Positions 63,007 to 64,000 of a stretch of 64,000 bases of DNA are shown here, piece by piece. Source of the DNA: Spirochaetia bacterium (lineage in GTDB: Bacteria > Spirochaetota > Spirochaetia > DSM-16054 > Sediminispirochaetaceae); NCBI GenBank assembly GCA_034520965.1, contig JAXHMY010000001.1:640001-704000 (forward strand). The letters run 5' to 3'. The notes beneath the pieces were generated by a model. The model saw only the letters and a list, made by a program, of their open reading frames with translations, was not told where the DNA came from and searched no databases. Numbering within the stretch: position 1 is the first letter of the stretch; the number at the start of each line of letters is the position of its first letter. The position numbers were made by a program, and so were the translations under genes.

Positions 63007-63822
63007 TTAAAACCTCTTTGTGAGGTACTCTTCCTGAGTAATCGACTGTACCGTTTCAAGATCAGCAATATGCAGATAATTACGGGCAAACTCAAACACC
63101 TGCTGATAGGTAAAACGATACCCAAAATTTTCGAAATACCCGCCGAGTACCTTTTTTGGTCTCATTAATGAGTATCGGCAGGTTACATCCAAAACCGGCA
63201 GTTTTTTTTCCTTACACAGCAGTTCGATTTCATCAGCATTCACTACCAGCATAGGCCGGTATACTGCATAGCCTTCCGGCATGGAGAGGTAGATATAGAA
63301 GCGTTGTGATATCTCTAAAAACCGCTCTTCCGAGTACACCTCGGCATGGGAGGTTGAATCGGCCAGTGCATCTCCCACCAGACGGTTGAGGGCGTATCCG
63401 GCAAGGTCCCACAAGCTATGTCCCGATACCAGAACTACCTCTTCCATCGGCCTGTGAAGCCGTGAGAAGAGCTCTGGAAGCACCTTTTTACGAATATTTT
63501 GGCAGGGGCGGCAGGGGTTCTCACTCTCTTCGAGCACCGAATCATCAACATCAGACAACTGATACGTCAAGTCCACCCCCAGAGCTCCCCAGAATGTCTT
63601 GAGCTCTCGCCCCAGGTCCTCAGTGTATCGGTGGCGGGGGTAGGCATATAAGAATGCAGATACATCGAAGTTGTATTTCTCTTTCACTGCGTTTAGAAGG
63701 TAAAGGGCCGCCGAGGAATCTTTCCCGGCCGAAAATGTTACCGCCACCATCTTACCCTTCAGTTGTGTCAGGTATTCGCGATTTAAGGTTTCCCATTTTT
63801 CAAGAACATGCGTAGTAATCAC
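63007..63822 (-). CDS. TtcA/Ctu1-like PP-loop ATPase
   Basis: SAGKDS, PCRPC...RK, GHSLWD, RPML, TCRY. Confidence 0.75.
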   Translation of the reverse strand: MITTHVLEKWETLNREYLTQLKGKMVAVTFSAGKDSSAALYLLNAVKEKYNFDVSAFLYAYPRHRYTEDLGRELKTFWGALGVDLTYQLSDVDDSVLEESENPCRPCQNIRKKVLPELFSRLHRPMEEVVLVSGHSLWDLAGYALNRLVGDALADSTSHAEVYSEERFLEISQRFYIYLSMPEGYAVYRPMLVVNADEIELLCKEKKLPVLDVTCRYSLMRPKKVLGGYFENFGYRFTYQQVFEFARNYLHIADLETVQSITQEEYLTKRF

Positions 63823-64000
63823 TTGTTAGTTTCTCCATTATTGAGGTATCCACAATATATCCGGCAGCCTGATTCCGCCTAATCGAGGCTTTCCCGCCGT
63901 ATCCGAAGGTATAATCCTCGGTTATGATATTATCCGACAACAAATGCCGATCGTAAGACCCATCTACGTATACCGGCTGTTCCATCAACGAGGCCGCCAC
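63800..64000 (-). CDS. C-terminal fragment, probably enolase superfamily (muconate lactonising / Ala-Glu epimerase-like)
   Basis: YVDGSYDRHLLSDNI...FGYGG...G..VD resembles the C-terminus of that family; truncated by the window edge. Confidence 0.5.
   Translation of the reverse strand: MAASLMEQPVYVDGSYDRHLLSDNIITEDYTFGYGGKASIRRNQAAGYIVDTSIMEKLTSDYYACS

Overview
A 64-kb chromosomal segment from an anaerobic, probably free-living and possibly salt-adapted spirochaete. The taxonomy is inferred from Treponema/Spirochaeta-type genes (OmpA, DbpA-domain protein, Bat/MoxR operon, infA-dksA arrangement); the salt adaptation from a BCCT transporter, a Na+-PPase and an acidic lipoprotein. Content includes three sensor kinases, a trimeric [FeFe]-hydrogenase operon, a Bat/MoxR operon, acnB, gdhA, hppA, a GH116 enzyme and two HD-GYP proteins. 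About a dozen genes are split by single-base frameshifts, most likely long-read indel errors. No rRNA, tRNA or CRISPR array was recognised. Most notable: (i) two diverged copies of a ~142-bp non-coding element with terminal inverted repeats, a 9-bp flanking direct repeat and a long fold-back hairpin at each end showing compensatory changes; (ii) a different ~130-bp triple-hairpin element between the divergent dksA and infA promoters; (iii) an intact 1.27-kb IS1-like element flanked by TTAA with an atypical third catalytic residue; (iv) a HydB subunit whose ferredoxin-like C-terminus is replaced by a GltD/Nfn-like module; (v) an XRE-cupin-phosphotransbutyrylase fusion; (vi) a BCCT / orphan binding protein / dead protease / acnB run; (vii) a possible lipid-signal synthesis-and-sensing cluster cut by the right edge. 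All calls come from motif recognition by eye, without database searches.
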